The translations under genes and the position numbers were made by a program. The notes beneath the pieces are model-generated. The model had not been told where the DNA came from. It worked only from the letters and a program-made list of their open reading frames with translations, and did no database searches. From Zancudomyces culisetae HAW-14-8 (lineage: Eukaryota > Fungi > Kickxellomycota): 64,000 bases of DNA. Positions 11,832 to 25,500 of this stretch are shown one piece after another; within the stretch, counting starts at the first letter, position 1; each line of letters opens with the position of its first letter. The DNA is taken from NCBI GenBank assembly GCA_052426225.1, contig JBNJNM010000011.1:868001-932000 (forward strand), given 5' to 3'.

Positions 11832-14415
11832 TTTTACGCTCTTTTTTTATCCTGCACCTTCTACTACTTTTATTGTTACTTTTTTTTTTCCTTCTTTGAA
11901 GTATTATGTTTCAATCGTTTCTATTATTAATCTGTTTTTCCTTTTCTTATTAACAGCTTATTTATATGTTTTCTTTAAACGTTTGATTCAAATATGCTTT
12001 AAAGCCAGAATACAAATCACAGTTACAGCAAATGACCTAATTTTGGTCAAGATAAATCTGTATACATATTGGCTAAAAATGAGTAGTAAATCCAGCCATC
12101 CAATGAAAATAAAGCGTCATTTTACTTTTTTTGTGAACTTGCATTTGGTAGTAATGGATGGGGGGTTTTATTTTTTTACATATAGTCTGCAAGCTGCAAC
12201 CTACGACCTGGCTCCACAATAACAGGGTGCTTGGTGTAATCAAATATTATTACATCTAGGTATATCATAGTGGAGTAGGTAATTGCACCACCAAGTTTTT
12301 TGAGCGAGCTGTATGTTTTTTACTGGTCATCTTATTGTATAATAATCGCCTAAAAACATGATCCTTGAACTTTTACTGAACCTAAAGCGGCTAGATTCTT
12401 TAAGGATATTATGATTGATTGGTAGCTAGTTCTTGGAGAGAGATCATAAGATACATGTATAAAGTTTATAAAAAGTAAAGATTTAGTAAAGCTGATGTAT
12501 TTCACAAAGAGCCAAAAGTGTTGAGTTCAAACTCATTATACCTACTTTTTATTTTTATTTATCTGTATATTTTACTACATGTTATTCTTTTGATGTAACA
12601 ATAGTAGAGTTAATGAAATACAGCAATTGTACTAACTAGTACAGAGAGCTGAGTTCTTCATACTGCTTTTTAGTGTGTTAATTAAACCATGTTATTACAC
12701 AAGTGGGTTGCATCTAATCATATATTTTAGTTTTAGTTTAAGTTTTTAGTAAAAACGTAAAAAAAAGAAAAGAACCCTTCCTTCTCAGAGAAAATTTCAT
12801 AACAAAATAAAAAACATTTCATGGTTCACTACACAAATGTGAGTTAACTCTGATTCTATTCAATATGGACACCCTCAAAGCAATCTTATTACGTATATTG
12901 CTTTATTAATACTCTGCTTTCTAGTACATATTTTTTTCGAAGTATCTCCACAAGTAAAATATCCATACTTATTGAAAGTTGATTAACAGTTTTTAGAGAG
13001 GTAATTGAATAATTATTTCTTAATAGCTCACAGCACAACCTTTCAGGCTATTTATCGGGTTATTGCTTTAAATCGCTTGGTTTACAAATCATCTGTGACA
13101 AAAGATCATATTGACTAGCGCCAAATCAAGACAGGTACAACCAGAAGCCAACATAGACGTTTTGAATATACTCTTTAATATGCTGAGGTATTGGCGATTT
13201 TGAAAAAAGCCATAGAGAGGGGAGTGGTTTGGGTATTTGAAAATAGGGACTACCATGAATTCCAGCCAATTACAAACCTCTGCCAAACTAGGGGGATCAA
13301 CAAAAAAAAAAGAGCTGAGAAAGGAAATCATCCATATTTCAGGATTTGCATAAGGCAGGCTCTAAAAGTGCTACAGATACAGCTAATCATTTTCTTTCTT
13401 TTCTGGGTATGTATCTTTACCGGTTTTTCATAACTAAAAAAATGTAGTTATGCTATCTAGTGAAAACAGATTATGCAGTCTATAAAGAGGTTTTGTGGTT
13501 GAATAGACTTTGTGTAATTATTTAGATTAATTGGGTGCAAAAGCAAAAGTATCCATATCTGCAATTATAATGCATTGAGTCCTGTAGCAAAGGGTGAAAT
13601 GTGTTGATAGCCATAAGCATTTATGGATCACGGAATACCACTGAACCATTGGTCTACTCATACCATTGAGTATTTCATGTTGATGTTTCTTAATTAAAAG
13701 TGATCATCAGACCTTGTGTGCAGAAAAAATGTGTATGTGTGTTGTATTGGGAGCATATTAGGTGGAATTTCGAAAATCATTACTAATCCTCCAAATGATA
13801 GACGCCATCAAGCAGTCGAAATCTTTGCTAGACAGATACTTTTTTGTCGCAGAAATTAAAAGTATATTGGTCTGCAAACTGACGTGACGTAAATCCTGGC
13901 GAAACGTTGGGTTCGTAGGGTCAATAAAGAAAGGATGGTGTGCGGATGGGTTTGATAAAGGGCGTCTGCATAACTAAGCATACATCTAAAAGATTCAGCT
14001 GCGCGAATCACATGATAGAAAGTGTGTTGTGTATTTTGGAGTAGAAGGCGTTCCACATATTCAAAAATGCTATAGAGTTTGTTCCTATTCTTATTTACAG
14101 TCTGGTATATATGCCAAATAGCATCTGCAGAAAAAGAGACAGAAAAATGAGATGGATAAAGAAGTTCGCAAACAAACGAAATCGGAAAAATAATCAAAAG
14201 AAACTACAAGAGGGAATGTAATAATGAATGATAGCTTTTTGACTTGGATTGCGTGAATGCTTGGGATTGTAAGGGAAAAAGGGGGGAATTGCTATGGAAA
14301 AAACAAACGTGCAATGAAAATAAATAATCCTCAATTATTTTACAAAAACATGATTGTACAACCCAAAAGATAACAATAAAAAATATGTGCTTGAAAGATA
14401 GCTAATTGGAAGGGT

Positions 14416-14751
14416 TGTTTACCATTCCTCGCAAATAAAAAGTAAACAAAGATTTGAAAAATAAATAAAACAAGCAAACTAAATAACGCATAAATAGCCA
14501 TTAAAAAAAAAAAAACAAAATTGCATTGTTTTAGGAATTTGCTGTCCAAACAAGAAAAAACAAAAAACTTTTTTTTTTCTTCCATAACACTTTGAGATTA
14601 TTATAGAGACTTCAAGCGAGAAGCTTTAACATATAGTACAAAGCCCACCTAAAGAAAATCTGTGCATAATATAGTCAGTGGATTGAATGCACTGCTGATC
14701 TGTCGAGTTGTGGAAATAAGGAGCAAAAAAAAAAAGAACAAGGCTGTTTAC
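14416..14751. promoter_or_regulatory. cluster of three forkhead consensus sites (GTAAACA) upstream of the forkhead gene
   Basis: TGTTTAC at 14416-14422, GTAAACA at 14442-14448, TGTTTAC at 14745-14751. Confidence 0.4.
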
Positions 14752-15440
14752 TACATTATCTTGGGGCAAGTTGCATCTGTCTAATAAAGAGACTAGGAAA
14801 GATATTGCGTTGGTTTGCTGGATACACAGAATTGGATTTATCTACATTTCAAGGCCGACAATATATTCAAACAGTTGAATTAGGGAATTTGGTCAACGAT
14901 AGTAGATAGATAGGGCAATAATATAATAACATTTTCCTTGTATATCCAACAAAATGTAAGAGCAGCCCAGAACTATCAATCTTATTACCCTAACATACTT
15001 TTGAATTATGTATGCGACAAGAGCTGGTAAAGATGTAAATAGAATCCAAAGATTACACATTCTACAATAATCCATATAAATGGGCTAATCAAAAATAGAA
15101 TACCGATATAAATGTGCTAGACACTTACAGAGTATAAGCAAGCGCAAATAAGAAAGTGGTTGAAAGAGCAGAATACAAGGCTGTATGAAGTGTATTTTTT
15201 TCCGAACAAGTGTAACTGTAAAAGATGTTTCTATAACTATTTATATTGTGTTTTATGGGCTGCAGTATAGTCAAAATAAAAGAGGTGAAGTGTAAGGGTG
15301 CAGTTAGGAATTCAAGTAATTTTGTTTTGTAATTTTGAATAGTTTTTCTGAATCAAGGATAATTGTATACACGCTCGGATAAAATAAGTTGAAGAGCAAA
15401 GGTTGGGAAATCTACCACAAACGAAAAAAAAAGAAAAGCG

Positions 15441-17063
15441 ATGGAAACTAAAGTGGAAACAGTAGGCGCAAAAACAACAAGAAAGAGGCAGAGAGGAGGT
15501 GGAAGTGGAGGGGCGCGGGTGGTTAGAGAACAGACGAAAAAAAAGAGTTTAAAAGAGATGCCGTTTCAAAAAAATGTAGAACTAGGTGTAGGCGGAGAGT
15601 ACAGAGAAGTGAATATGTATGGCCAGGGGTATCTAGATGATGAAACACTGAACAATAGATATATGGGGGAGTATAGACACCATGAAAATGGCACAAAAAG
15701 GGAAGATATGAAAGGGTACAAAGCACATACATTAGAAGGAGTTCCAGTACAACAAGTGTTTCACGACCGGGTGTTCTTTGACGGGTATGAGGTAGGGTTA
15801 GAAGCAGCAAGCTTAAATGCAGGTTTCAATCGGCAAATGGGTGCGGGATTCAACAATTATGGTATCGAATCAAAGCAGATGCACGATGCAAGGTATTCAC
15901 GAGCAGAAACGGGGGAGTACGGCCACAATGGTGAAGATAGAGAAGGCCAAGTGATTCATGCTTATGCCAAGCTGGAGGGACCAATGTTTCAGTATTACAT
16001 AAAGGAGCTTTCGGTGACGCTGGGCCGAAGCTCTGTAGCTGAGGGTGGGGCAGATATTAGTCTAGGGAACAACAAGGCGTTGAGCCGGAAGCATGCACGG
16101 ATATTCTACAACTACGCAGACCAAGAATTTTATTTGGAGATATATGGGAAGAACGGATGTTTTTTGAATGAGCAATTTATATCCAAGGGAATGGTGGTTC
16201 CACTAAGGCACAAGTCACTCATTCTAATGGGTAACCTAAGCTTCGCATTTCTGCTGCCTACCGATTCGCCGACCCCGCCACCGTACATGTCACACACCGA
16301 AGCTTATGCCCCACCTCTACCCAACCCATCAGTCATTAACAAAATCCCACCACTACCGCCTCACAGCACAGCTCCAGGACCATTAGAAACCAGTAGGTCA
16401 TTTCCGTATGATGGTGCAAGCCGGAGTAGAGTATCTTCAGGGGATGCTAGTACACCTGGGACACTTGTTGGTGATGGCATAACTGATAGTGAACGAGCAT
16501 CACTTATTGCACGGTTTTCCAGTGCAGGTGCAGATATGGTCAGAATTCTCCCATCGACGGCCAAACCTCCTAATCTTCACAATGCTAGGAGGTATACCAA
16601 ACCTCAACTTTCGTATGCATCGCTTATTGCTCAGGCCATCAATTCGACCGAAAACAAGCGAGTGACGCTGAACGGTATATATACATACATCATGACCAAC
16701 TATCCGTATTATCGCGAGGCTCAAAGTGGATGGCAAAACTCAATCCGGCACAATCTATCGCTCAACAAAGCGTTTATTAAAGTACAGCGAGAAAACAACC
16801 AACCTGGAAAAGGTGCATATTGGACGATCAACGATAACCACAAGGATCAGTTCGACAATGGTATATATAAACGTGTAAGACGATCTTCAAAAAAGAGAAG
16901 TGCGGATTGTTCCGAAGTTGACACAGCAGAAAGCGAGTCTAAACGGAGTCGAAATGGAACTGAAGGATCCGTTGATACACCAGTTGGATGTGATGATTCT
17001 TTGTCTACCGCTATAATCGATCATAATTCTTTTACACCAGAGAACTCTAAGCTGACATGTTGA
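15441..17063 (+). CDS. FHA + forkhead transcription factor (Fkh1/Fkh2/FoxK-like)
   Basis: FHA domain (AYAKL...TLGR...SRKHARI...GKNG) followed by a forkhead domain ([14 protein letters not shown]...[15 protein letters not shown]...GKGAYW). Confidence 0.93.
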   Translation: METKVETVGAKTTRKRQRGGGSGGARVVREQTKKKSLKEMPFQKNVELGVGGEYREVNMYGQGYLDDETLNNRYMGEYRHHENGTKREDMKGYKAHTLEGVPVQQVFHDRVFFDGYEVGLEAASLNAGFNRQMGAGFNNYGIESKQMHDARYSRAETGEYGHNGEDREGQVIHAYAKLEGPMFQYYIKELSVTLGRSSVAEGGADISLGNNKALSRKHARIFYNYADQEFYLEIYGKNGCFLNEQFISKGMVVPLRHKSLILMGNLSFAFLLPTDSPTPPPYMSHTEAYAPPLPNPSVINKIPPLPPHSTAPGPLETSRSFPYDGASRSRVSSGDASTPGTLVGDGITDSERASLIARFSSAGADMVRILPSTAKPPNLHNARRYTKPQLSYASLIAQAINSTENKRVTLNGIYTYIMTNYPYYREAQSGWQNSIRHNLSLNKAFIKVQRENNQPGKGAYWTINDNHKDQFDNGIYKRVRRSSKKRSADCSEVDTAESESKRSRNGTEGSVDTPVGCDDSLSTAIIDHNSFTPENSKLTC

Positions 17064-17422
17064 TATTTTTTATTTCAGTTTCGTTATATTTACTCTGATC
17101 TTCTTTTTTTATTTTAGTTTTGGGTTTGTTTACGATGATGGCTTGGCTGTGCAAGTCTCCTGAGTGATCTTCTGTTTCTATCAAGAAGCCAGCACCAGAA
17201 TACGAAGAAATGGAGAGGAAGAAAGTACGAGTAAATAGCTGCTTGCTATAACAGTATGGTTAAAATTCTATAGCCTTCATTTTGTAATTCTATTAATATA
17301 TGCTTATTTACACACAAAAAAAAACAACAACTCAATAAACAGTTCATCCAAAAATTTTAAAGTTATACATAAACGACAAAAGAAGAAAAGAAAAGAAAAG
17401 AGGGAAGAAGGGGTATATGAAG

Positions 17423-19051
17423 CTATTTTTTGGGAATTGCAGACATAAACCCTCCGCTAAAGTATCTCGAGTTTGCCTGATCAACTTTATTCTGCCGTTC
17501 TAATAGAGTCTTTGGATTACTGAGCTCGATTCCCTGGATAGGAGTGAACGAAAGATTGGTGGCAATTCCAGAGACGGCTGAGCTTTGAGACTGTTGTTGT
17601 AGAATCCTCTGGTATTTTTTACTCGGCTTGATCTTTTTGCTGGTGCTGGTATCTGTTGAAATGCCTCTAATTTTCCCGGTTATTCCCATACCCATTCCCA
17701 TACCCAGCCCACCAGAACCACCTTGGCCAAGCATTCCCAAATTTTCCATTTCGTCATTAACCACAACTTCTTCGCTGGCCTTGCCAAAATACATTCGGTT
17801 TCTGTTCTTACGAAGCTCCGTCATTGCGGTCGATTCCTTTTCTCGCCGAACGCGCTTGCCAGCACGTTTGATTTTTCGCCCCTCTGGAGGTATTACCAGA
17901 GGTTTGATTGCTTTCAGTGGCGCTGGTTCCAACAGTTTTTCAACTGAAGACAGTAGTTCTTGTTTGAACCGTGTACCCATACCACCATCGGCTGCTTCGT
18001 GTAGCATATCAACACGAATCGCCAGTGCGCATTTTGCAGCTACTTTGCGCAACATCTTGTTCTTGAAATCATCTGGCACCGATGATACCAATTCGCTTTC
18101 GTAAAGCAATCCAACGTGTTTTTTCGCTGTCACCGATGACATTCCCGTCCCATACTGCCTTTGCTTACCCAGGACTTGCAAATTACATGCTGGAATCTTC
18201 GCCAAGCCTGTCAGACCCTCTGCATCGACTATCATACGCGCGGCTATTGCCGGCCCCACTATTGCTGAAAGATTTGGTGCTATTATGCCCATTCGAGATT
18301 CCACATATTTTACAATCTCATCTTTAGCCTCTATAAGCTGTATTAGTATTTGCGCACCTTTTAAAACCTGTTGCAACTCATCATCCTCAAGTTTTCTACC
18401 TGAAGTTGTTGAACCTGTAACTACCACCACCATCTTTATGGCTGGGGCTAAAATTCCATCCAGTTTTACTTTTCCAATATCAATATCTATGCTTTCACCT
18501 ATCGCCAAAATCGTCTGAGCGTAACTGAGTGGATTAGTCACCAAAGTTTCTAGCTCTGGAAAGCGTACGGCGTACAGATCTCTCAGATTCCTGTATACGG
18601 CCACAATTTCGCCTTCGATCTTTATACTCAGCTCATTTGCCCGTACAACCAATTTGTATTCGTCATCTTCCTCAACTGGACCAAATATTTTCTTTTTTGT
18701 TATATCCACCGTATTCGTGTACAATTTGATTTGGTCAATTACATGACCAAATTCCTTACTTTTGTATACTTTTGCAATCTTGAAAGAGTCGACTACACCA
18801 CTACTTCCTCCCACAGATTTTTTGAGATTTTGCTGTCCATCATCCGTATTTCCTGCTTCTGCCATTTTTGTTTCCGACACAGCCAAGTCTTGATTGGACC
18901 ATTTTTCTTTACGGTGATCTTGCTCATTTTTTGCCGCCAGATTTTCTAATTCCTCCTGTTCCATGAGGTCCTCCTCCTCCTCCTCTTCAATATTTTCTAG
19001 CTCTTCCCCGTCCAACTCTTCTAGCTCTGCCAAATAATCTTCGAGTGCCAT
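17423..19051 (-). CDS. PRP31: U4/U6.U5 tri-snRNP protein Prp31
   Basis: First ATG at 19051 (MALEDYLAEL). NOSIC/Nop domain (RFPELETLV, IAPNLSAIVG, KIPACNLQVLG), ELRKNRNRMYFG, SFTPIQGIEL. Confidence 0.96.
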   Translation of the reverse strand: MALEDYLAELEELDGEELENIEEEEEEDLMEQEELENLAAKNEQDHRKEKWSNQDLAVSETKMAEAGNTDDGQQNLKKSVGGSSGVVDSFKIAKVYKSKEFGHVIDQIKLYTNTVDITKKKIFGPVEEDDEYKLVVRANELSIKIEGEIVAVYRNLRDLYAVRFPELETLVTNPLSYAQTILAIGESIDIDIGKVKLDGILAPAIKMVVVVTGSTTSGRKLEDDELQQVLKGAQILIQLIEAKDEIVKYVESRMGIIAPNLSAIVGPAIAARMIVDAEGLTGLAKIPACNLQVLGKQRQYGTGMSSVTAKKHVGLLYESELVSSVPDDFKNKMLRKVAAKCALAIRVDMLHEAADGGMGTRFKQELLSSVEKLLEPAPLKAIKPLVIPPEGRKIKRAGKRVRREKESTAMTELRKNRNRMYFGKASEEVVVNDEMENLGMLGQGGSGGLGMGMGMGITGKIRGISTDTSTSKKIKPSKKYQRILQQQSQSSAVSGIATNLSFTPIQGIELSNPKTLLERQNKVDQANSRYFSGGFMSAIPKK

Positions 19052-22000
19052 TTCTAATGATTCTTTTGTAGGGCGGTGGGTTCTTTTTAAATTCAAAATG
19101 TTAATAATACAACTTCAAGTCTTAATATTCATTAGCAATATTTTTTTATAAAAAAAATTAAAAAAAAAAATCCGTGGAATGGACAAACTTATTTAACTGC
19201 TATTACCACAATTAATTAAAATCAAAATGAAGGAAAGAAAATAGTTAACTGTTCCAAAGTATCTTATCTTGGATGAACCTCAACTTATTTAATGGAGCCA
19301 AAAGCATACACTAATGTTTCATTTCTACGTATAGCCATACATGAATTGTGATTATGTACACTAATCATGAACTAATAAAACAGCTGTGCTGAAGGAAATG
19401 GTAAATTGTAGTAAAACCATGATCCTACTTTTTTATTTGCAGCTGCTTTCTATTCCCATCAGTAGTAGCCCCCCCCTTCTTTTTCTCAAAGCTCAAATAT
19501 ATATAGCTGGTTTGGTTTTTTTTTCGCAAGCAGACAGTAAACTTTGTATTTAAGATGTGGATCCTAAAAACAAAACGGGATAAAAGTTTAATTGCTTTGC
19601 TATTATAGGGACTACTTGGCTGTAAAGGACGTAAGATAAATATTTGAATAGGGTTCCGATTGATACCAAAGTCACCATATCTGTTTTTGTTGCATTTTAG
19701 CAGTTTATTAATAAACAAAGCATGAGTGAGTGGATTGAGCATAACCAAAGTGAAAAAAAATGATGTTAGGGAATCCTCTAATTGTTTTAAAGCTCAGTAA
19801 CGAAAAAAAAAAGACGAGAAACCAAGAGTAGAATGTTTATTTAGAGAGAAACAAGGGTAAAAATAACAGCAGATGGCTTGGGGTGGATGTAGGCCGTGGA
19901 TATCTTTTCGCACCTTTTGTTTACTTTTCAGCTATTACGCCTTTTAGTGTCTGAAAATTCCATGTTGTTGGATTTTGTTATTATGTTATTATTTTGTTAT
20001 TTTTTTTGCCTTTATTACAGCAAAAAAAAAAAAAGTATTGTTGTTACTAATCTCCTCTAATTACACAAAGCATATTTAAAAGTGAAAATTTCTGATAAAA
20101 CAAACCAATGGATGCAAAATGTTTCAGCATTCAGCAGCTGAGTGGTTATTGTGTAATTCTTGTGAATAATAAGTCTAGTTTGGAGAGCTTATGAGGCATG
20201 ACATCCAGCAATTGGCCTACTAAGTAAGTTATTCGCCTTCTACAGTTACCACGCCAGTCTATTGGTTTGAATTAACAAAAAAAGTATTACTTTTGGTGTG
20301 GTCACACGAATTGAAGAAAATAAACATAACTGCAAAGTATCAGCTTTTCTTCCAGTGCAAACAGCAAAAAAAAAACCCGGAATTGGAAAATTAAAAAAAA
20401 AACTATTTAAACCCATCAAAGGCAGCATCATGGTTTTATTTCAAATGCAAAGCATATGTAATTCTTTAATATTTTACTCTAAAAAGTATAGAAAATTTAG
20501 TTAAGCCTAGTCGGCAGATTTTATATGACCCAGGCTTTATCAGTTTTTGAGACTATAGAATAACAAGTACTTGTGTCCAGACTTTGAAACTGTAGAATAA
20601 TAGCTTAACACGGTAGAACCTTCATACCTCTGTTATATTTGCTCATTCGTAAAAATAGAAACGAACAGTTCTGTAGGAAAGGACTAGCTTAGATATCACA
20701 ACAACTCTTACTTGGACATACCAACTCAGTTGTTTTAGAAGGAAAACAAAAAGATTGCTATCCTTCTAAAACCAAATTAATTAAAACACGCCAGCTAAAA
20801 TAGGGTTTTAATTTTTTTACTAGAAACCTCAGAAAAGAGGGGGATGAAACCAATATTCACCATTCATAAAGGAAAAATATATCAAATGACAGAATCACAA
20901 AAGGTAACTAGATTATTTGCTTTATTTTTTTTGTATTATCGCTTGAACCGCAAATAACTTTTGGTAACTCTGACAGCAGCCATCTTAGTGAAAGAAAAAT
21001 GCAATTTTTTTTCTATGGCTGGCCTGTTTATCATTGGCTAAAATTGTTGTGATTCGAGAATTGTGCCTGAAAGCAATCTATTCGCATTTATCTTTTCTTG
21101 GTCAAGTTGGAGAGAGAAAAATTTTATACCCGCCAAAAAATGAATGGGAAGTTAGAGAAGAAAATTAGTGCTCGTTTGTTATAGGCTGTTTATTTTTAAA
21201 TTGCCAAGGTGGTGTATCAAGCATGTTTTTCTGCAAAATCCCATCTTTCTTGCGAATTCTTTTCTAGAGAAACAAACTGAGGAGCTGTTTTGAAAAGATA
21301 AAGGAATCCATAAATAGGCTCATGGTATATGTTAGAACTGCAATCTTAAACGTTTTTATACAGGTAAGAATTGGCGGTTGGTATACGTTTTGAGGAAGGG
21401 GAGCTGTTATTATTATTTTTCGTTCTTACAACTCGGAATCCCAGACACGTTTTCATTTTTTACTTTTCAACTCACCAAACATCTATTGTCAATGTTTATT
21501 TGTCTACATTTATCTGAACATAAAGACAAAGGTTTGGAAAGAAAGATTGAAACCCAGATGCATAATTGGCAGAAAAGAAGCTGGTTTGGATACAATTTAC
21601 CCACGAAAAAAAATTTTTTTTTGTGAGTTTGAAAATGAAAATGTAAATGAAGGTGAAAATGTTAAAAACGGGTTTGAAATCCTTGTCTTTATGATTTCAA
21701 AAGTTTGTAATTATGAAAAAGACATAGCTAGAGAGTAGAAAAAAAATGCATGAATTGTAAGAGTTGTATTTACAGTAAAAGATATAATATCAATTCGTAA
21801 GAAAGCTGAGTTTTATGAGCTGTTGGTTTTGCGACAGAAGGATGTTTTTGTGGGTTTTATCCTCCCCTCCTTTTTTTTTAAAAGAAACAAGCAAGTACCG
21901 TCAGAAAAAAAAAGGCATGAAATGAAAAAGTAGATGGGGGGGGGGATGGGCGTATATGCAAACAAAAAAGTTATTGGTGTCTGCGCTATCCACGATAGTT

Positions 22001-22589
22001 AGGGATGGGCTACTACATTTATTGTTAGTTTGCTTATGTCTTGGAAAGCGATGCAAGAGAGGGAGAGGTGAAAATGACATACCACCACATACACACGTGT
22101 ATTTGTGAGTGATGGGTGGAATAATTTGCAAAAAGTATCAACACTTTTCAATGTAATCACCAACACTATCACTCTTCCATCTTTGTATTCATTTTTGACG
22201 AAGAGAAGGAGAGGAAATGGGTATGGGGGATTGAGATGTGAATCCGATAAACGATACCTGTGGGTAGAGAATTGTTTTAGAAGATTGAGTGATTGAGAAG
22301 TGTATTTTGCTTTTGTATTTATTCAGAGAGGTTGAATGCGTGGATATGATAGAGTTGATATTACTATATTTTTTTCTTTTACTTTTTGAGAGCCTTAATA
22401 CAAACTAATGAAAGTTTAATTTTAAAAAACATAGATATAACTAGCGCACAAGAGATATCAAACAAAAGAGAAGTGAATGAGGAAATCGAGATATAAAGGG
22501 TTGATTGGAATAAGTAAAATATAGAAAAAAAAGTGATACTCATACACACAAGAGACACAAATAAGAGCAACATAAAAGAAAACAGGAAT

Positions 22590-25500
22590 ATGGAAAATAG
22601 TATCAAAATAGAAGAAGATTCGGCTACAGAAGAACTGTGGAAAGGAACAGGGAAAACAATGGGAGCCCAGGAGGGGATAGGAGAAGTGAAAGTAGAGGCT
22701 CGAGATAAAGATGAGAAAGTTGAGCTGATGGATTTGGATAAAAAAGAGCAAGATATTGCCGAGCAGAAAATACTGAAAAGTCTAAAGAAAGAGGAGGGGG
22801 AGGATGTGAGGCGAGAGGAGGTTTTGGGAAAAATTGAATCGCGAACTATAGAAATTGAAATAGAGGCTATGGAGTTGTGGAAGGCGCAACGGAAAGAGAC
22901 AATTAATCAAATAGATAAACGGAACCAACAGTTGATGGAGTTTTTGAGGGGGGGAGCCGATATACGGAAAAAAATAGTGTTGACAAGTTACATGGAGTTT
23001 CTAGAAGAGATACCAGTGTATTTGGGTGTGTTACGACAGCGAAAAATCGCAGAGTCGTCAGGAGCGCCTACAGCGGATATAGATGTAGCTATAGCAAACT
23101 GTATGCGATGGATAAAGACAAAAAGTGTATTCTGGGCAGCGACACGGTCAGAGCTTGGGGAGCAACTGAAAAGAATAAAGAGCGTGGCGGTGGGAGGCGA
23201 TATTGCGGTTGGAAAGGAGTTTAATAGTGGAGAAGAACTTGGAGAGGAAATAGAAAATACGATTGGAGAGTTGCTGGAGGAGGGGAGGGTATTGTGGATA
23301 AATGTACCAAAAACAATGGAGGCAATAGTGTTGGGACACAAAAGTATGAGAGTAGTTGAAAGATTGTTTTTGAATAGGCACGATTCGGGACTTCAACTGT
23401 TGAAGAGAATGCTAGAAAGATATAGTGTGCTCCCAATAGTATACCAAGAGGCAATAAAAGGGATTATTAGTGAGATGTCAAAGATAGAGGAGTATCAAGA
23501 CGAGATAAAAAGACAACTGGAGGAGCGACGACTGATGTTTGGAATATATTTACGTATTATTAGGCATCAGGCCAAAACAAAAAAGGTGGGATGTATAAGA
23601 GATGAGCTTAACCGAGTGTTTTGCAAGGGTAATATAGGATGGATAACGTCACAGACTATGGCAGGGCCTGAGGAGGAGATTGGGGTTCAACAAATTATTG
23701 CTGAAGTGGTAGAAGAGCTAGAGGAGAGTGAAGAGAGGAATGATGACGGTTGGATAGAGCCTGTACGAGCAATTTGCGGAATACTCGGATATATGAGGAC
23801 AGAAAGTAGGTGGAACGATAAAAGCAGAGTGTGCTGTAGAGTCAGTAAACGGGCAAAGACAAAAGAAGAGGCACAAGTTGCAGCGGTTTTGACGATTCTT
23901 GCCATAACCAAAACCAAAGGCGGCGGAGCAAATGCTAGTAGTAACAGGAATGCGATGGGAAGTGTGATAGGGAATGTGATGGGACCAGAGGTTGTGGAAA
24001 TGCTATTGGAAATGGTAGAAACAAAAGCGTTTGATAGTTTGGCGATGGTTTTGGTGTTTACGTATTTTAGAGAGATGGAAGAGGTCGAGAGAATAGTAGC
24101 AGAAATGGCAAATATGGATTTTGTAATCCCGAGAAATAAAATATATCGATTAGCAGAGCTGATTGATTTGAAGGGAGCGAGCGGAAGTGCCAACAGACAG
24201 AAATTATTTAGCAAGGTTGTTGAGGCAGTGTTTTCTAGGGAAGGGGATATAGCGGATGGGGAGAAAAGTAACTATCGGTACAAGGCAGGTTTACGGTTGA
24301 TGCAAAGCAGCGAGCTGTATATGTCGACCACAAATATAAACGTAGATATCGAAAAATGGCTTATGGACGAAATGAAAAGTGTACGAGCCGATAAGATGGA
24401 AATGGTGATAAAGTTAGTGAAACAATATGTAGATAGTATGGAACACCTTTTGTTAAAAGCGATAGATGAGCAGGAGCTAGGTAGCGTGCTTAGAGGCGAG
24501 CGACCAGTGGTATCTGGAATGCATGGAGAAGTGCTTAACGATCGATATTTAGTGTTTTTATTTTATTTGTTGTATTATAACAAAAAGCAGTTGAGTGTTG
24601 CGCAGACACAGTTTAGAACAGTAGACAAAACGGATATGCGGCTCAAGTCTGCAGCTAAATATGGATACGAATATTCAGATTTGTTGGTAGATTCCATTCC
24701 AGCAAAGTGGATTCTCAAGTTGCTGGAAAAGTATGAACATCAACAGGAATACGCAGTATTTGTACCAGAGTATTGTTCGATGATTATAACACAGTATCGA
24801 TACCTGATCGATTCAAATCCTAGAGACTCACTCGTTCTGGAAGATTTCTCTCTCCAGTCAGCCGAATATGATGGCGTTTGGTTGTCACAGAATGCAAAAC
24901 AGGAGGCAAAGGATATGTTTATAGAATTGTTTAATATGGCAGAAACCAAAAGTTTTTGGGAGAATGAACGTGTTGAAAGAGAAATCGAAAGAGTTGGAAG
25001 GTATTGGCAGCAAATGTACTTGGTAAATCCAACGGATACGATAGTAGGCTCAGTAAGCGGGTGGAACAGTACTTTACAGAACCAGCGTAGCGATCCAAAT
25101 CTAAGTATCCAGCAGTTATGGGCCGACCCAATAGCGGTATTTTTTGGCAACGACCCGCGCATGTTTGGACATCCAGTACTAGTTAAGATTTTTTTGGCAG
25201 TGTTGCATTCACTGATTCAAATGTCCAAGCTTAAATACCGCCGAATGTATTACTTGGTTCTTAAAAAAGCATCTCGTATTTCCGCAAAGGCATCAATGTT
25301 TTCAGCCGTAGTTCAACTCCAGGATGCTGCTGTTATTCAGCTGCTGCTGACCAATGTCTTGCCAGCTATTTCTTCAAAGTACCGCAGCCAAGCCAGCCAG
25401 CTGGTCTATGGTTATATCCATCGTCAGTTTTTGGACGTCAATATGCTCCAGAAACTAGTTCATTTCGAAACGTACAACCCACAGCTTGTTCAGGGCATGG

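Noticed and set aside
13795-13977. Short ORF with an in-frame TGA (..VCKLT-TGA-RKSW..) as a possible selenoprotein, since some early-diverging fungi use Sec
   Set aside because: No resemblance to known selenoprotein families, not CxxU spacing, and no SECIS found downstream. The TGA sits in a TGACGTGACGT CRE-like motif.
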